Shown in pieces: positions 25,902-35,774 of a stretch of DNA of 64,000 bases (positions are counted from its first letter, which is position 1; each line of letters starts with the position of its first letter). Origin of the DNA: Chloroflexota bacterium (lineage in GTDB: Bacteria; Chloroflexota; UBA6077; SHYK01); NCBI GenBank assembly GCA_009377635.1, contig WHTR01000004.1, positions 1,682 to 65,681 of the forward strand. The letters are read 5' to 3'. Below the pieces are notes generated by a model. That model made no database searches. It saw nothing but the letters and a program-made list of their open reading frames with translations, and was not told where the DNA came from. The position numbers and the translations under genes are program-made.

Positions 25902-26288
25902 ATGCCAACCAGCAAGAACCCGGGGCGCGATCTACCATCGACGATCGAGCGGTCGGATCAGCACGCGCAAGAGATCTTTACCGAGACGCTCGAGAGCGCC
26001 GAGCAGACGTACGGCGAGGGGAGCCGGGCATACCGCGTGGCCTATGCGGCGCTGAAGCATCAGTACGAGAAGCGCGGCGACCGCTGGGTCACGAAGGGAT
26101 GGAAAGGACCGTCCGACCCGCAGGCACGCCGGGGCGCTACGACACGGAGATCCTCCATGGAGGACCCTCCAGCCCCCACAGCCAGAGGTAAGGTCGCGGG
26201 GAGCGAACAAGAGGCTCGCGAGAAAGCCGAGACCGCAGGCCGCGAGTACGCGATCGAGCGACGCAAACGCCTCAGGCGCGCGAGCTGA
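25902..26288 (+). CDS. ChaB-family protein
   Basis: AAGGAGGAGAGG RBS. LPSTIERSDQHAQEIFTETLESAEQTY...YRVAYAALKHQYEKRGDRWV fits the ChaB pattern. Confidence 0.75.
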   Translation: MPTSKNPGRDLPSTIERSDQHAQEIFTETLESAEQTYGEGSRAYRVAYAALKHQYEKRGDRWVTKGWKGPSDPQARRGATTRRSSMEDPPAPTARGKVAGSEQEAREKAETAGREYAIERRKRLRRAS

Positions 26289-26385
26289 CTTCAGTCCACG
26301 TTAGCTCTCACCAGCGGTCGGAGCTGGCCCCGGTGCAGGCTTCCGAGGTGGCTCGACATGCCGGGGGCTGAATCCGCTCTTTCCA

Positions 26386-27446
26386 CTACCTTCGAGCCGC
26401 GTGTCGGAGTTGCTCCCGCGCGGCGTCGACGACCTCCTCTACCGTGATCCCATCCAGGCAGCGGTGATCGATCGGGCACGTCGTATAGCCACACAGACTG
26501 CACGGCACACGGCGGTACAGCACGCGGTGACGCTCGCGATCCAGTGGCCCCCAACGGCGCAGGTTCCCGGGTCCGAAGAGCACGACGCTTCGCACGCCGA
26601 GCGCCTCCGCCACATGCGCCGGACCGCTGTCGTTGCACAGAAGCAGGTCGAGCTCACTGATCGTCGCGGCGAGCCCGCCGACAGACATCGCGCGTGTGGA
26701 TATGAGAGCCTCTCCGACCATCGCGTCACGCAGAACCCGGGTCAAGGGTTCCTCGCCAGGTCCCCACAGCAGGACGATCTCGGCCCCGAGGCTTGTCTGC
26801 AGCATATCGGCCACCGCGGCGTAGCGTTCCGGTGGCCAGCGACGCGCGGGCGCTTTGGCCCCGGGGTGGATTCCTACGAGCGGACGGCCTGATCGACAAA
26901 TGCAACATCCCAGCGCTGACACAGCGTCTGCCACGTCCTCCGGGGTCAACGGAAGTTCGAGGTGCGTCCCCTGCGCCCCGACACCGAGTTCCTCCAGAAG
27001 CCCGAGGAGCTTCACGCCTTCGTGCTCGTCGTCGCCGGGGTAGGGCACTGGGTGCGTGAGCGGGCATGCTCGCACATCCCGGGTGAAGCCAACTGACTGA
27101 CGCGCGCCGAGCTGAGCGACGAATCCGTTCATGTATCGGCCGTCGCCGTGGAGCTGGATCGCCAGGTCCAAATCACGGCACGGGCTTCGACGAGAAACGC
27201 CTCGGTTCTCTCAGGTTCGACCGGCGCTTCCGGGATGCCGGGGAAGCCTGGGAACTCCAGGAACCGGTCAACGTAGCCGAGGCGTCGAGCGAGGTCGGCA
27301 GCCCACGGGAGCCCGATGAGCGTCATCTCAGCGCCCGGGAACCGGCGCCGAAGAGCACGCAGCGCGGGCACGGCGATCAGCATGTCGCCGAGGTACAGCG
27401 CACGCACGACGACGATCCGGTCGATCCGCTTCGAGGGGCCGTTCAA
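26386..27446 (-). pseudogene. family-9 glycosyltransferase (heptosyltransferase-like), single frameshift
   Basis: The N-terminal part (IVVVRALYLGDMLIAVPALRALRRRFPGAEM...) and the C-terminal part (DLAIQLHGDGRY...HPGAKAPARRWP...CNDSGPAHVAEALG) lie in different frames. They join near 27160-27175 (gtgatttgg, T3 run). Confidence 0.65.
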
Positions 27447-28540
27447 GCGACACTCTCAGCCAACAGGCCGAGCGTCGCGTCCACGACCTGCTCGGGGGAT
27501 ACGAGCCGGAGGCAGTGGTGGTGTTCCTCGGGGCAGATACTCTGGTAGCAGTTCTTGCATGGCACGTCATGAGAAAGCACGCGGCTGGACACACGCCACG
27601 GAGCATGCTGGGGGTTGGTCAGCGCGTAGAGGTCCACGACAGGCGTACCGACAGCGGCAGCGATGTGAACCGGGCCCGTGTTGTTGCTGATGAGCACCGG
27701 CGCCAGCGCGAGCAGCGCGGCCAGCTCGCCAACGTCGAGCTGGCCGGCGAGGGAGAACGAGGGCGCACCCATCCGCTCCTGGATGCCTGCTACCTGCTGC
27801 CGCTCGTTTCCCCGCCCGGTAAGGACCACCTGGAATCCCGCGATAGAGAGCCGCCGAGCTGCCTTGGCGAAGCTCTCGGAGGGGTAGCGACGCGACGGTG
27901 CGGATGCACCGGGATGGATCACCACCCAGGGCCTGTCCAGGTCGATCCCTGCCTCCCGCGCTCGCCTGTGTGCGCCCTCGTGTGCACGATTCGGCACGCG
28001 CAGCGATAGCCGATTGTCGAAGGTCACTGCTCCCACGGTCGCAACCAGATCGAGCTGGCGCTGCACCTCGTGGCGCAGCACGCTGTGCGGCTCCGGGTCG
28101 GGCACCCAGTCCGTGAGGAGCTGATACGGATTCTCGTGGCAATGGGCGAGTCGAAGCGGAACATCCGCCAGGTAGCAGAGAAATGCGGCGGGCAGCGGGT
28201 TCTGACTGAATACCGTGAAGATCACCGCCGCATCGAAGCGCCCGCTCCGAAGTCGAAGGGCCACCCTGTGCTCCTCGCCGCTGTCAGCGCGAGGCGCCGT
28301 CGCCTTCATCCACGGCGCGTCGTAGACGATCGTGTCGTCGACCTCCGGGACGAGCGACGCCACCTCGGCACCCGCGGGCGACGTGAGGAGCGAGATCCGC
28401 CTGCCGGGAACGGATTCCCGAAGGGCACGAATCGCCGGCGTCGACATCAGCACATCGCCAATAGAGTCCAGGCGGACGCACAGGAGTCTTGTGGCCGCCT
28501 CCCAGTCAGCGTGCGAACCCCCAGTACCCTGGCCTGTCAT
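27443..28540 (-). CDS. family-9 glycosyltransferase (heptosyltransferase-like)
   Basis: LLCVRLDSIGDVLMSTPAIRAL, HPGASAPSRRYP and ISNNTGPVHIAAAVG. ATGA overlaps at both ends. Confidence 0.85.
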   Translation of the reverse strand: MTGQGTGGSHADWEAATRLLCVRLDSIGDVLMSTPAIRALRESVPGRRISLLTSPAGAEVASLVPEVDDTIVYDAPWMKATAPRADSGEEHRVALRLRSGRFDAAVIFTVFSQNPLPAAFLCYLADVPLRLAHCHENPYQLLTDWVPDPEPHSVLRHEVQRQLDLVATVGAVTFDNRLSLRVPNRAHEGAHRRAREAGIDLDRPWVVIHPGASAPSRRYPSESFAKAARRLSIAGFQVVLTGRGNERQQVAGIQERMGAPSFSLAGQLDVGELAALLALAPVLISNNTGPVHIAAAVGTPVVDLYALTNPQHAPWRVSSRVLSHDVPCKNCYQSICPEEHHHCLRLVSPEQVVDATLGLLAESVA

Positions 28541-30024
28541 GCAACCGCCCCGGTTAACAGGCCTCTATCAGCACTGATTCGCTGTAGGGCGTCTGTCGTC
28601 GAATAGCCCTCGACGAACGGCAGGATGCGTACCGTGCCCCCGAGCTGCTCGACCAGCTCAGCCTCGGGCAGGTCCTCGACCGTGTAGTCACCGCCCTTTG
28701 CGAATACGTCCGGTCGCACGGCCCGAATCAGCTCGACGGGGGTGTCCTCGTCGAAGACCGCGACGTGATCGGGAGCGCTTAGCGCGGCGAGGACCTCAAG
28801 GCGGTCCTCGAGTCGGTTGATAGGGCGTCCGGGTCCCTTAAGGCGCCGCACGCCATCGTCGGAGTTGACGCCGACGATCAGCACGTCACCGAGCGCGCGC
28901 GCGGCATTCAGATAGCTCACATGACCGCGATGCAAGATGTCGAAGCAGCCATTCGTGAGAATGATCCGGCAGCCGTCCCGTCGGTAGTCGGCGACCAGCC
29001 GACGCAGGTGGGAGACGTCTGGCACGAGCTTGCCGCCGGGGACGACGTGCCGCCGTAGCTCGCCCACAGAGCACGTGGCCGTTCCCGACTTGGCGACGAC
29101 GACGGCAGCGGCAGCCGACGCAATCTCGACCGCGACGATCGGGTCCGCTCGCGCTGCGAGCGCCAGGGCGAGTGCACTTGCGAACGTATCCCCAGCCCCA
29201 GCGGCCGGCGTGCGCGGGACAGACCTGGCGATGGCGCGGTACGGGGGACGGTCCCTGGATAGCAGAATCGCGCCGTCGCAGTCGAGGGTGACCACGACTA
29301 TGCTCGCGCCCGCAGCGTCCAGGATTCGATCAGCGGTCCTCGCTATCGCATCGGCCCGACCGGGGCCCTCAGGCAATGCCTGATCGCGAAGCAGCTGCAT
29401 CGCCTGCGCGAAGTTCGGCTTCGCGACAGTTGCGCCCACCATTCGGTAGGCTCCGAGCTGCTTGGCGTCGACGACGAGCACGCGCGGGCACGCGGTTTGC
29501 AGCTCGGCCAGCGCCTCGATACCTTCGGCACCTATGACTCCGTACCCATAGTCGGACACGATCACGGCGTCATGCTGAGCGAACAGCCGACCCAGTGCGA
29601 GGAGCAACCAGTCGCGGGTCTCCCGGCTCAACGCCTCGGTGCTTCCCTCGTCGAGCCGGACGAGCATCTGCGAGCCGGCCATGACCCGGCGCTTGGCGAT
29701 CGTCCGCCGCGCCGAGTCCGTCCGTATCTGCCCATCACACACACCGCGCTCGCCAAGCAGATGCCGCAGCTCTCTCCCCTCCGGGTCGTCGCCAACGACG
29801 GACAGGAGCGTAACTCGGGCGCCGAGCGCGGCAACATTGGCAGCCGTGTTCGCAGCTCCGCCGGGGGCCGAGGTACACCCGTCCAACGATACGATGGGCA
29901 CGGCGGCCTCCGGACTCAGGCGTCTCGCACGACCAGTGAGATAGCTGTCCAGCATCGACTCACCGATCACCAGGACGTTGAGTTCACGGAAGGAGCGCAG
30001 GAGGCGGGCCAGCTCGGCGCTCAT
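28537..30024 (-). CDS. hldE: bifunctional D-glycero-beta-D-manno-heptose-7-phosphate kinase / heptose-1-phosphate adenylyltransferase
   Basis: N-terminal PfkB kinase domain (GGAANTA..., AAGAGDTF) plus C-terminal cytidylyltransferase domain (LTNGCFDILHRGHVSYL...VGVNSD). Confidence 0.9.
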   Translation of the reverse strand: MSAELARLLRSFRELNVLVIGESMLDSYLTGRARRLSPEAAVPIVSLDGCTSAPGGAANTAANVAALGARVTLLSVVGDDPEGRELRHLLGERGVCDGQIRTDSARRTIAKRRVMAGSQMLVRLDEGSTEALSRETRDWLLLALGRLFAQHDAVIVSDYGYGVIGAEGIEALAELQTACPRVLVVDAKQLGAYRMVGATVAKPNFAQAMQLLRDQALPEGPGRADAIARTADRILDAAGASIVVVTLDCDGAILLSRDRPPYRAIARSVPRTPAAGAGDTFASALALALAARADPIVAVEIASAAAAVVVAKSGTATCSVGELRRHVVPGGKLVPDVSHLRRLVADYRRDGCRIILTNGCFDILHRGHVSYLNAARALGDVLIVGVNSDDGVRRLKGPGRPINRLEDRLEVLAALSAPDHVAVFDEDTPVELIRAVRPDVFAKGGDYTVEDLPEAELVEQLGGTVRILPFVEGYSTTDALQRISADRGLLTGAVA

Positions 30025-30746
30025 CGTCCGCTTCCTGTGATCTGCTCCGCGGCCTCGGCGAGGTCCACTGCCACGAAATCCGGCCAGGAACGCGGAGCGA
30101 CTCGATAGCCCACCTCGCCGCGTGCGTCTAGGGGTAAGGCCGAAAGGGGGCTTGAGGGATGCTCCGCATTCATCCTGAGCCGTTTGGTTCGCGCGAAGGT
30201 GAACTCCGCGAAAGCCCCGCTCCCCGCAGGTACGACTTCTTCCGCCTGCGGCCTCAGCACGACACGTTGCGGCCGCGCCTCCAGGAGGATCGATCTCACG
30301 CCCGCTCTGCGCCCAGCCTCCACGTCACTCGAGATGTCGCCGATGGTCCACGACCGCGCGAGGTCGAGACGCAACTCATCGGCCGCGCGCAGGATGAGTC
30401 CTGGCTCTGGCTTGCGGCAACCACACGCGCGCGCATATGCGCGGACGACTCCGTCCGGATGGTGCGGGCAGTAGTAGAAGCCGACCAGCGGGACACCGGC
30501 GGACGCAAGGAGCTCTCGGAGGCGCTCCTCGACGGCGACAAGCGCGGACTCTGGAAACAGGCCTCGAGCGACCCCGGACTGGTTTGTGACGATGACGAGC
30601 CGAAAGCCAGCGGCATGCAGCAGCCTCAACCCCTCGATCGCTCCCTTCGTGAGAACGACACGGCCCGGATCGACGTTGTAGGGCACGTCGTCGATCAGCG
30701 TGCCGTCCTTGTCGAGAAAAACGGCCGGTGCACTCGAGTGACTCAT
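30021..30746 (-). CDS. gmhB: D-glycero-D-manno-heptose 1,7-bisphosphate phosphatase (HAD-IIIA) with C-terminal extension
   Basis: FLDKDGTLI, VTNQSGVARG, YYCPHHP...CGCRKP and IGDISSDVEAG. About 60 extra C-terminal residues. Confidence 0.85.
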   Translation of the reverse strand: MSHSSAPAVFLDKDGTLIDDVPYNVDPGRVVLTKGAIEGLRLLHAAGFRLVIVTNQSGVARGLFPESALVAVEERLRELLASAGVPLVGFYYCPHHPDGVVRAYARACGCRKPEPGLILRAADELRLDLARSWTIGDISSDVEAGRRAGVRSILLEARPQRVVLRPQAEEVVPAGSGAFAEFTFARTKRLRMNAEHPSSPLSALPLDARGEVGYRVAPRSWPDFVAVDLAEAAEQITGSGR

Positions 30747-32674
30747 CCAGGTGTCCTCCGTACTTCCTCATCTGCCACCTTCCGTACGAACGGATGGGAG
30801 ACCGCCGGAGGTCTCGCCGCCGGCATTTCCGCCGACGACTGCGAGACAAGTTGCTCCTCCACGAGCTCACACAGGAGATGGATGACGACGATATGGACTT
30901 CCTGGATGTGCTGCGTGTCCGTCGACGGAACGATGATGGATACGTCGGCAAGTCGGCGCAGCTCGCCGCCGTTGCTCCCCACGATAGCCACGCGCCGCAG
31001 ACCCCGGCGCCGAGCAACCTTGAAGGCCTCGACGACGTTGCGCGATCGCCCACTCGTGCTGATGCCGATCAGGACGTCGCCGGGCTCACCGAGCGCTTCG
31101 ACCTGCTCTGCAAAGACTCGATCGTAGCCGATGTCGTTGGCGAGGGCTGTCAAGATTGCCGTGTCGGTCGTGAGGGCGAGGGCCGGGAGTGGCGCGCGGT
31201 CGAGCGACCTGAAGCGCCCGACGAACTCCGCCGCGAGATGCTGGGCGTCAGCGGCGCTGCCGCCGTTGCCACACGCCAGGACCTTGGCCCTGTGCTGGAC
31301 GGCGGACCCGACAATGTCCGCGGCCTCAAGCACGCCCGTGCGCAGATGGCGCTGGGATTCCTCCAGTGTTCGGATGGCGCCCTCGAAGTTCCTATCGAGG
31401 ATGGCCAATCGCTCCGCTTCGTTGGGTCGTCTTGGATGGCTGGCCACCATCACCTGCTCGTAGACGGCCGCGAGGGCGTTAGCGACACGCTGCCATGTGA
31501 AGAGGTCGTTCGCTCGCCGCACGGCGCGTCGCCCAAACACGCCGCGCAGACTCGGATGCCGAAAGAGCTGGGAGAGCCGCTCCCCGAGCGCCTCCGGATC
31601 GTCGGGAGGCACGAGATACCCGGTCTCCGAATCGCGTACCGTGAACTTGACGCCCCCAACGTCTGAGCCGACGACCGGCGTACCGCAGGCCATCGCTTCC
31701 ACGGGCGTTATGCCAAACGGCTCATACCAGGGTGTTGTGACGAAGACATCCGCCGCACTGTAATAGTACTTCAGGACGTCTCGTCCACGACGGCCGACGA
31801 AGGTGACGCGGTCGGCCACGCCCTCGGCTTCCGCCACCTGCTTCAGACGCCCGATCTCCGGCGTGATCTCCGGATCCGGCTCGTCGGACTCGCCGCCGAC
31901 GACCAGAAGCCGCGCAGGGGCGGGATCGCACTGCTGAAAGCGGGCGAAGCCACGGATCGCATTGTCGACGCCCTTGCGCCGCACCATGCGGCCGAGCTGC
32001 AGGACAAGGCGCTCCTCAGTCCCAAAGCCCAACATGACGCGCGCAAGCGGCTTGCTGAGCGGCCAGAACTCGGCTGGGTCGAATCCGCAGGGGATGATGC
32101 TGAGGCGCGACGGGTCCGCGTTGTAGTACCGAATCAGGTCGTCCTCGTCCTGCGGACACTCGGCGATGATATGGTCCGCCTCCCGCACGACGCGGTCCTC
32201 GACGTCGAAGCGCACATCCGGGAACTGGTCTGCCACTCCTTGAAAGGCGCGCCGCACCCGTCCAAGCGCGTGGAACGTAACCACGAATGGAACGGCGAGC
32301 TCCCGCTTGATGTCCGACGCCACCAGGGCAGACATCCAGAAGTTCGCGTGGACGAGGTCGTAGCCCCGCTGACGTCGGGTGCAGAGCCGCAGCACGCACT
32401 CGGTGAATCGCCCCATGTAGGGAAACAGCTCCTCCTTCCGCACGTACTCCGGCGGACCCGCGGGAATGTGAAAGATTCGAACGCCACGTATCCAGCGCGC
32501 GACCTCGGGAAGGAGCCTGCTGTCGCGGCGTGTGAACACATCCACCTCGTAACCCATCGCGGCGAGGTGCCGCGCCACCTGCCCGACGTACACGTTCTGG
32601 CCGCCGCTGTCCGCGCCTCCCAGGATCGCGAGCGGCGACGCGTGCTCGCTGATGAGCGCAATTCTCCGTGTCAT
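30743..32674 (-). CDS. fusion protein: GT4 (group-1) glycosyltransferase + sedoheptulose-7-phosphate isomerase (GmhA, SIS domain)
   Basis: The N-terminal ~425 aa are GT-B/GT4 (GGADSGGQNVYV..., EPFGITPVEAMACGTPVV). The C-terminal ~190 aa are GmhA-like (VLACGNGGSAADAQHLAAEF...TDTAILTALANDIGY...LIGISTSGRSRNV...HIQEVH). Confidence 0.85.
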   Translation of the reverse strand: MTRRIALISEHASPLAILGGADSGGQNVYVGQVARHLAAMGYEVDVFTRRDSRLLPEVARWIRGVRIFHIPAGPPEYVRKEELFPYMGRFTECVLRLCTRRQRGYDLVHANFWMSALVASDIKRELAVPFVVTFHALGRVRRAFQGVADQFPDVRFDVEDRVVREADHIIAECPQDEDDLIRYYNADPSRLSIIPCGFDPAEFWPLSKPLARVMLGFGTEERLVLQLGRMVRRKGVDNAIRGFARFQQCDPAPARLLVVGGESDEPDPEITPEIGRLKQVAEAEGVADRVTFVGRRGRDVLKYYYSAADVFVTTPWYEPFGITPVEAMACGTPVVGSDVGGVKFTVRDSETGYLVPPDDPEALGERLSQLFRHPSLRGVFGRRAVRRANDLFTWQRVANALAAVYEQVMVASHPRRPNEAERLAILDRNFEGAIRTLEESQRHLRTGVLEAADIVGSAVQHRAKVLACGNGGSAADAQHLAAEFVGRFRSLDRAPLPALALTTDTAILTALANDIGYDRVFAEQVEALGEPGDVLIGISTSGRSRNVVEAFKVARRRGLRRVAIVGSNGGELRRLADVSIIVPSTDTQHIQEVHIVVIHLLCELVEEQLVSQSSAEMPAARPPAVSHPFVRKVADEEVRRTPG

Positions 32675-32695
32675 CCCATTCCTCCAGTCAAGGCC

Positions 32696-33661
32696 TCAGA
32701 CGGCTAGGAATCGGGCGGTGGACGCGCGCCCGGCCACGAATCGGAAGACTGCGTCCCAGTCCCGCACAAACCGCGCGATGTCGAAGCGCTCCGTGGCTGC
32801 CCGTTGCGCACCCTGGCCCAGCCGTCGCGCCTCGTACGGATCGCGGATCAACGAACGCATGTGCTCGACGAGCCAGTTCAGGTCTGTGCCCACGTACCCG
32901 GACACCCCGTTCTCGATGACCGTTGCCACCTCAGTGGTGCCCAGCGCGACGACCGGCATGCCCAGCATCATCGCCTCGCACAGTGCGAGACCCAAACTCG
33001 TGTAGCGAATTGGGTGGAAGAAGAATCGATAGCGGGCCTCGAACGCGGGCAGCTCGGGGTACGGCACCTCGCGGACCCCGTCGATCTCCTCGGTCGCCAT
33101 CCCGACCAGGTCCAGAGGAACCTGCCGGCGCGCGCGGTCGAAGATGTCCGCCCCCAGGCGCCGCCCGCGACGAGCAAGGTGGTTGACAACGACGATCCCC
33201 CGGTCGAGCTCGCCGGTGTAATGCACGCCCTCCGGCCGCGGCACGCCATGCTCGATGACCCGAGTTGGTGTGCATCCGCTGTCCCACATCAGCTCGTTGA
33301 AGGGCGTTACGTGGACCAGCAGCGTGTTGGGATCGTCGATTAGGTGACGCGTATCGGTCGGATGCTCCTGCGGGGGGTCGTGCTCCAGGTAGATGGAGGG
33401 GAGACGCATCTGATCGTCAGAGAGAATCTCGTACCGGTCCCGCAGGTAATTTCGGGGAATTTGCAACAGGACGCAGTCGAGCCGCAGGTTTCGAACATCC
33501 TCGGCCGGCACCTCGTGCACGTTGGGGGGCCAGAGGAACGGCCCGACGCGGCCGCCGTACGGATGAGCCCGTCCCGTCTTGAAGGGCAGGTAGAAGTCGT
33601 GACTCGTGTTCGCGAGTGCCAGCAGATAGCTGCCGTGGACATGCCAGGTAAGGATATGCAC
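32696..33661 (-). CDS. group-1 (GT4-like) glycosyltransferase
   Basis: C-terminal GT-B motif FFFHPIRYTSLGLALCEAMMLGMPVVALGTTEVATVIENGVSGYV. Confidence 0.75.
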   Translation of the reverse strand: MHILTWHVHGSYLLALANTSHDFYLPFKTGRAHPYGGRVGPFLWPPNVHEVPAEDVRNLRLDCVLLQIPRNYLRDRYEILSDDQMRLPSIYLEHDPPQEHPTDTRHLIDDPNTLLVHVTPFNELMWDSGCTPTRVIEHGVPRPEGVHYTGELDRGIVVVNHLARRGRRLGADIFDRARRQVPLDLVGMATEEIDGVREVPYPELPAFEARYRFFFHPIRYTSLGLALCEAMMLGMPVVALGTTEVATVIENGVSGYVGTDLNWLVEHMRSLIRDPYEARRLGQGAQRAATERFDIARFVRDWDAVFRFVAGRASTARFLAV

Positions 33662-33720
33662 TCATTCACCCCCGCGGGTTGGGTGCGCTGCGAGTGGCGC
33701 CTTGATTCGTGGACAACACA

Positions 33721-34740
33721 TTAGAACGTGCCCGCGTATACCGAGCACGAACGGCAGACGTCCGGCGGGTGATTGGAGGCAAGCCGTTCCCGAAAGGATT
33801 GGTACGCGTCCCCTTCCCAGACCGAGCGGAGACCCTGCTTGTCGACGTTCCCAAAGTTAATCCGGTCGGGCGTGGCAACCATGCAGCAGGGCATCGCATA
33901 CCCGTCATAGCTCACGTACGCCCCCGTCCACGGCCAGCTGCATCGGTCGGGGCCCGGCGTGCCAGGCGGATGGAGTCGAGGGCGCGTCCTCGGCAGCCGC
34001 AGATCGATCCCGGCCTCCGAGGCTATCGCGCGCGCCTCCTCAAAGTAGTGCGCCACTCGGTCGGGAGTCTCGTCGAGGAGCGTCTGCGCTTGCACGAACG
34101 CGCGCATCGGTGCGTAGTGCGCGGGCAGACTCGACTCGCCGAAGTCGTGGCAGAGGTGTTGGACGAACATGGCCTCGAAGGACCATTGCCGCGCGAATCG
34201 AACCAGGCCGGGAAGCTCGTGGAGGTTTTGCCGCATGACCACCGCGACGAGACGCAGGTGCGGCAGTTTGCTGGCCAACCCTTGCCTGGCCTCGAGAAGT
34301 GTCTCTAGGTTGCGCACGAGGCGGTCAAACCGTCCGCGGACGCGAATACGCTCGTACGTTTCTGACGTAGCGCTATCGATCGAGACATGAAGCCATTGCA
34401 GGCCGCTTCGGACGCAATGCTCGGCTCTTCGCCCGTTCAGCAATGTTAGATTCGAGTTCGTGCTGACGGCGATTCCGCGCGCCGTCGCGTAGGCGACCAT
34501 GTCAAAGAAGCGAGGGTGCATCATCGGCTCGCCGAGCCCCTGAAGGTGCAGCTCGTTGACGCCGTTCATCTCGTTGACGAGTCGCGCATACATGTCAAAA
34601 GGCATGAACGCGGGCGGACCGAACGGCGGGCCGTCGCGCCGGAACTGGATCGGACACATCTGGCAACGCAGGTTGCACTGGCCGACCGGCTCGATCTGGA
34701 GGAATCCGGGAAGAGGCGGCCGGGACGTGGTCCCCGTCAT
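33721..34740 (-). CDS. radical SAM enzyme with C-terminal SPASM domain
   Basis: CNLRCQMC (CxxxCxxC) near the N-terminus. The C-terminal SPASM-like Cys cluster is CSWPW...GYAMPCCMV...GN...CRSCSVY. The ATG at 34740 overlaps the upstream TGA (ATGA). The longer track ORF start is antisense noise. Confidence 0.85.
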   Translation of the reverse strand: MTGTTSRPPLPGFLQIEPVGQCNLRCQMCPIQFRRDGPPFGPPAFMPFDMYARLVNEMNGVNELHLQGLGEPMMHPRFFDMVAYATARGIAVSTNSNLTLLNGRRAEHCVRSGLQWLHVSIDSATSETYERIRVRGRFDRLVRNLETLLEARQGLASKLPHLRLVAVVMRQNLHELPGLVRFARQWSFEAMFVQHLCHDFGESSLPAHYAPMRAFVQAQTLLDETPDRVAHYFEEARAIASEAGIDLRLPRTRPRLHPPGTPGPDRCSWPWTGAYVSYDGYAMPCCMVATPDRINFGNVDKQGLRSVWEGDAYQSFRERLASNHPPDVCRSCSVYAGTF

Positions 34741-35774
34741 AGGAAGAACACCCGGTACTTGATGGCGCCCCACACCCGCCAGAAGACCGCTAGCAACGGA
34801 ATGAGGGCGGACGTCGCGACAACCTCGGTGACGTGCGTCGGCGCAGCCGACGATCCGGAGAGTCGCTCCGCGCACAAACGGCCGGTCAGGATAGCCCATG
34901 CGAGCACGCCTCCGAGCATGAGGCCGCGGCGCCGGCCCGCTGCCCCTGCGAGCGCAACGAGCATGGCAGCAACGATGCGGTAGTAGCGCCACGGGGGCCG
35001 CTGAATCCGCTCGCGGTACAGTCTCGGGTGCTTCTTGTAGAGAAGGGCGTTGTAGAGATTCTTCCGTTGCTGCCTGAGACTCACCCCCCACGTGCTCAGG
35101 CGGACGGGGTGGATGACGACAGCGTCGTCCGACCGCTCGAGGCGGGCCCCGGATTTGAGAATCCTGAAGAACACGTCGCTGTCCTCGCGCCAGGCCAGTT
35201 GGAACCGCTCGTCGAATCCGCCGACGGCACTCAGCGCATCCCGCCGGTAGAAGCAATTCGCCGTGACGAACTCGCCCCGCTCCAACCTTGCCACATCGCG
35301 CTCGTAGTCCGTCGGTCTCTCGGGGATCGGCACGAGCACACGGCCTCCTACGCCCACGACCCCGTCGCGGAACGCATCCACACCGGCTCGCAGCCAGCCA
35401 CGGTGCGGGATACAGTCGTCATCGGTGAACGCGATGATGGGGCAGCTCGCGACGCGCCACCCCCGATTGCGCGCCGCGGCCGGCCCATGGCTGCCCTGCA
35501 CCGCAACATAGCGGAACCGGGGCCCCCCTCGATGCTGAGCGGGATCCGTACGATCGGGTTCCGGAACGACCATGTCCGCGAACTCGGGCTTCAATTCACA
35601 TGCTCGCGCCATCGCCTCCACCTGCTGGTGGGTCTCCAAGCTCCTCGCGTCGTCGACAACAATGATCTCGTACTCGCTCGCGTCCAGATCTTGGTCCATG
35701 AGCGCCTCGAGGCAGCGCCCGAGATGCTCTGGTCGACGGCACGTGGGGACGACGACGGACACACGCGGTGTCAT
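34737..35774 (-). CDS. family-2 glycosyltransferase with C-terminal membrane segments
   Basis: VSVVVPTCRRPEHL...IIVVDDA...AFTDDDC, followed by hydrophobic C-terminal helices. Confidence 0.85.
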   Translation of the reverse strand: MTPRVSVVVPTCRRPEHLGRCLEALMDQDLDASEYEIIVVDDARSLETHQQVEAMARACELKPEFADMVVPEPDRTDPAQHRGGPRFRYVAVQGSHGPAAARNRGWRVASCPIIAFTDDDCIPHRGWLRAGVDAFRDGVVGVGGRVLVPIPERPTDYERDVARLERGEFVTANCFYRRDALSAVGGFDERFQLAWREDSDVFFRILKSGARLERSDDAVVIHPVRLSTWGVSLRQQRKNLYNALLYKKHPRLYRERIQRPPWRYYRIVAAMLVALAGAAGRRRGLMLGGVLAWAILTGRLCAERLSGSSAAPTHVTEVVATSALIPLLAVFWRVWGAIKYRVFFL

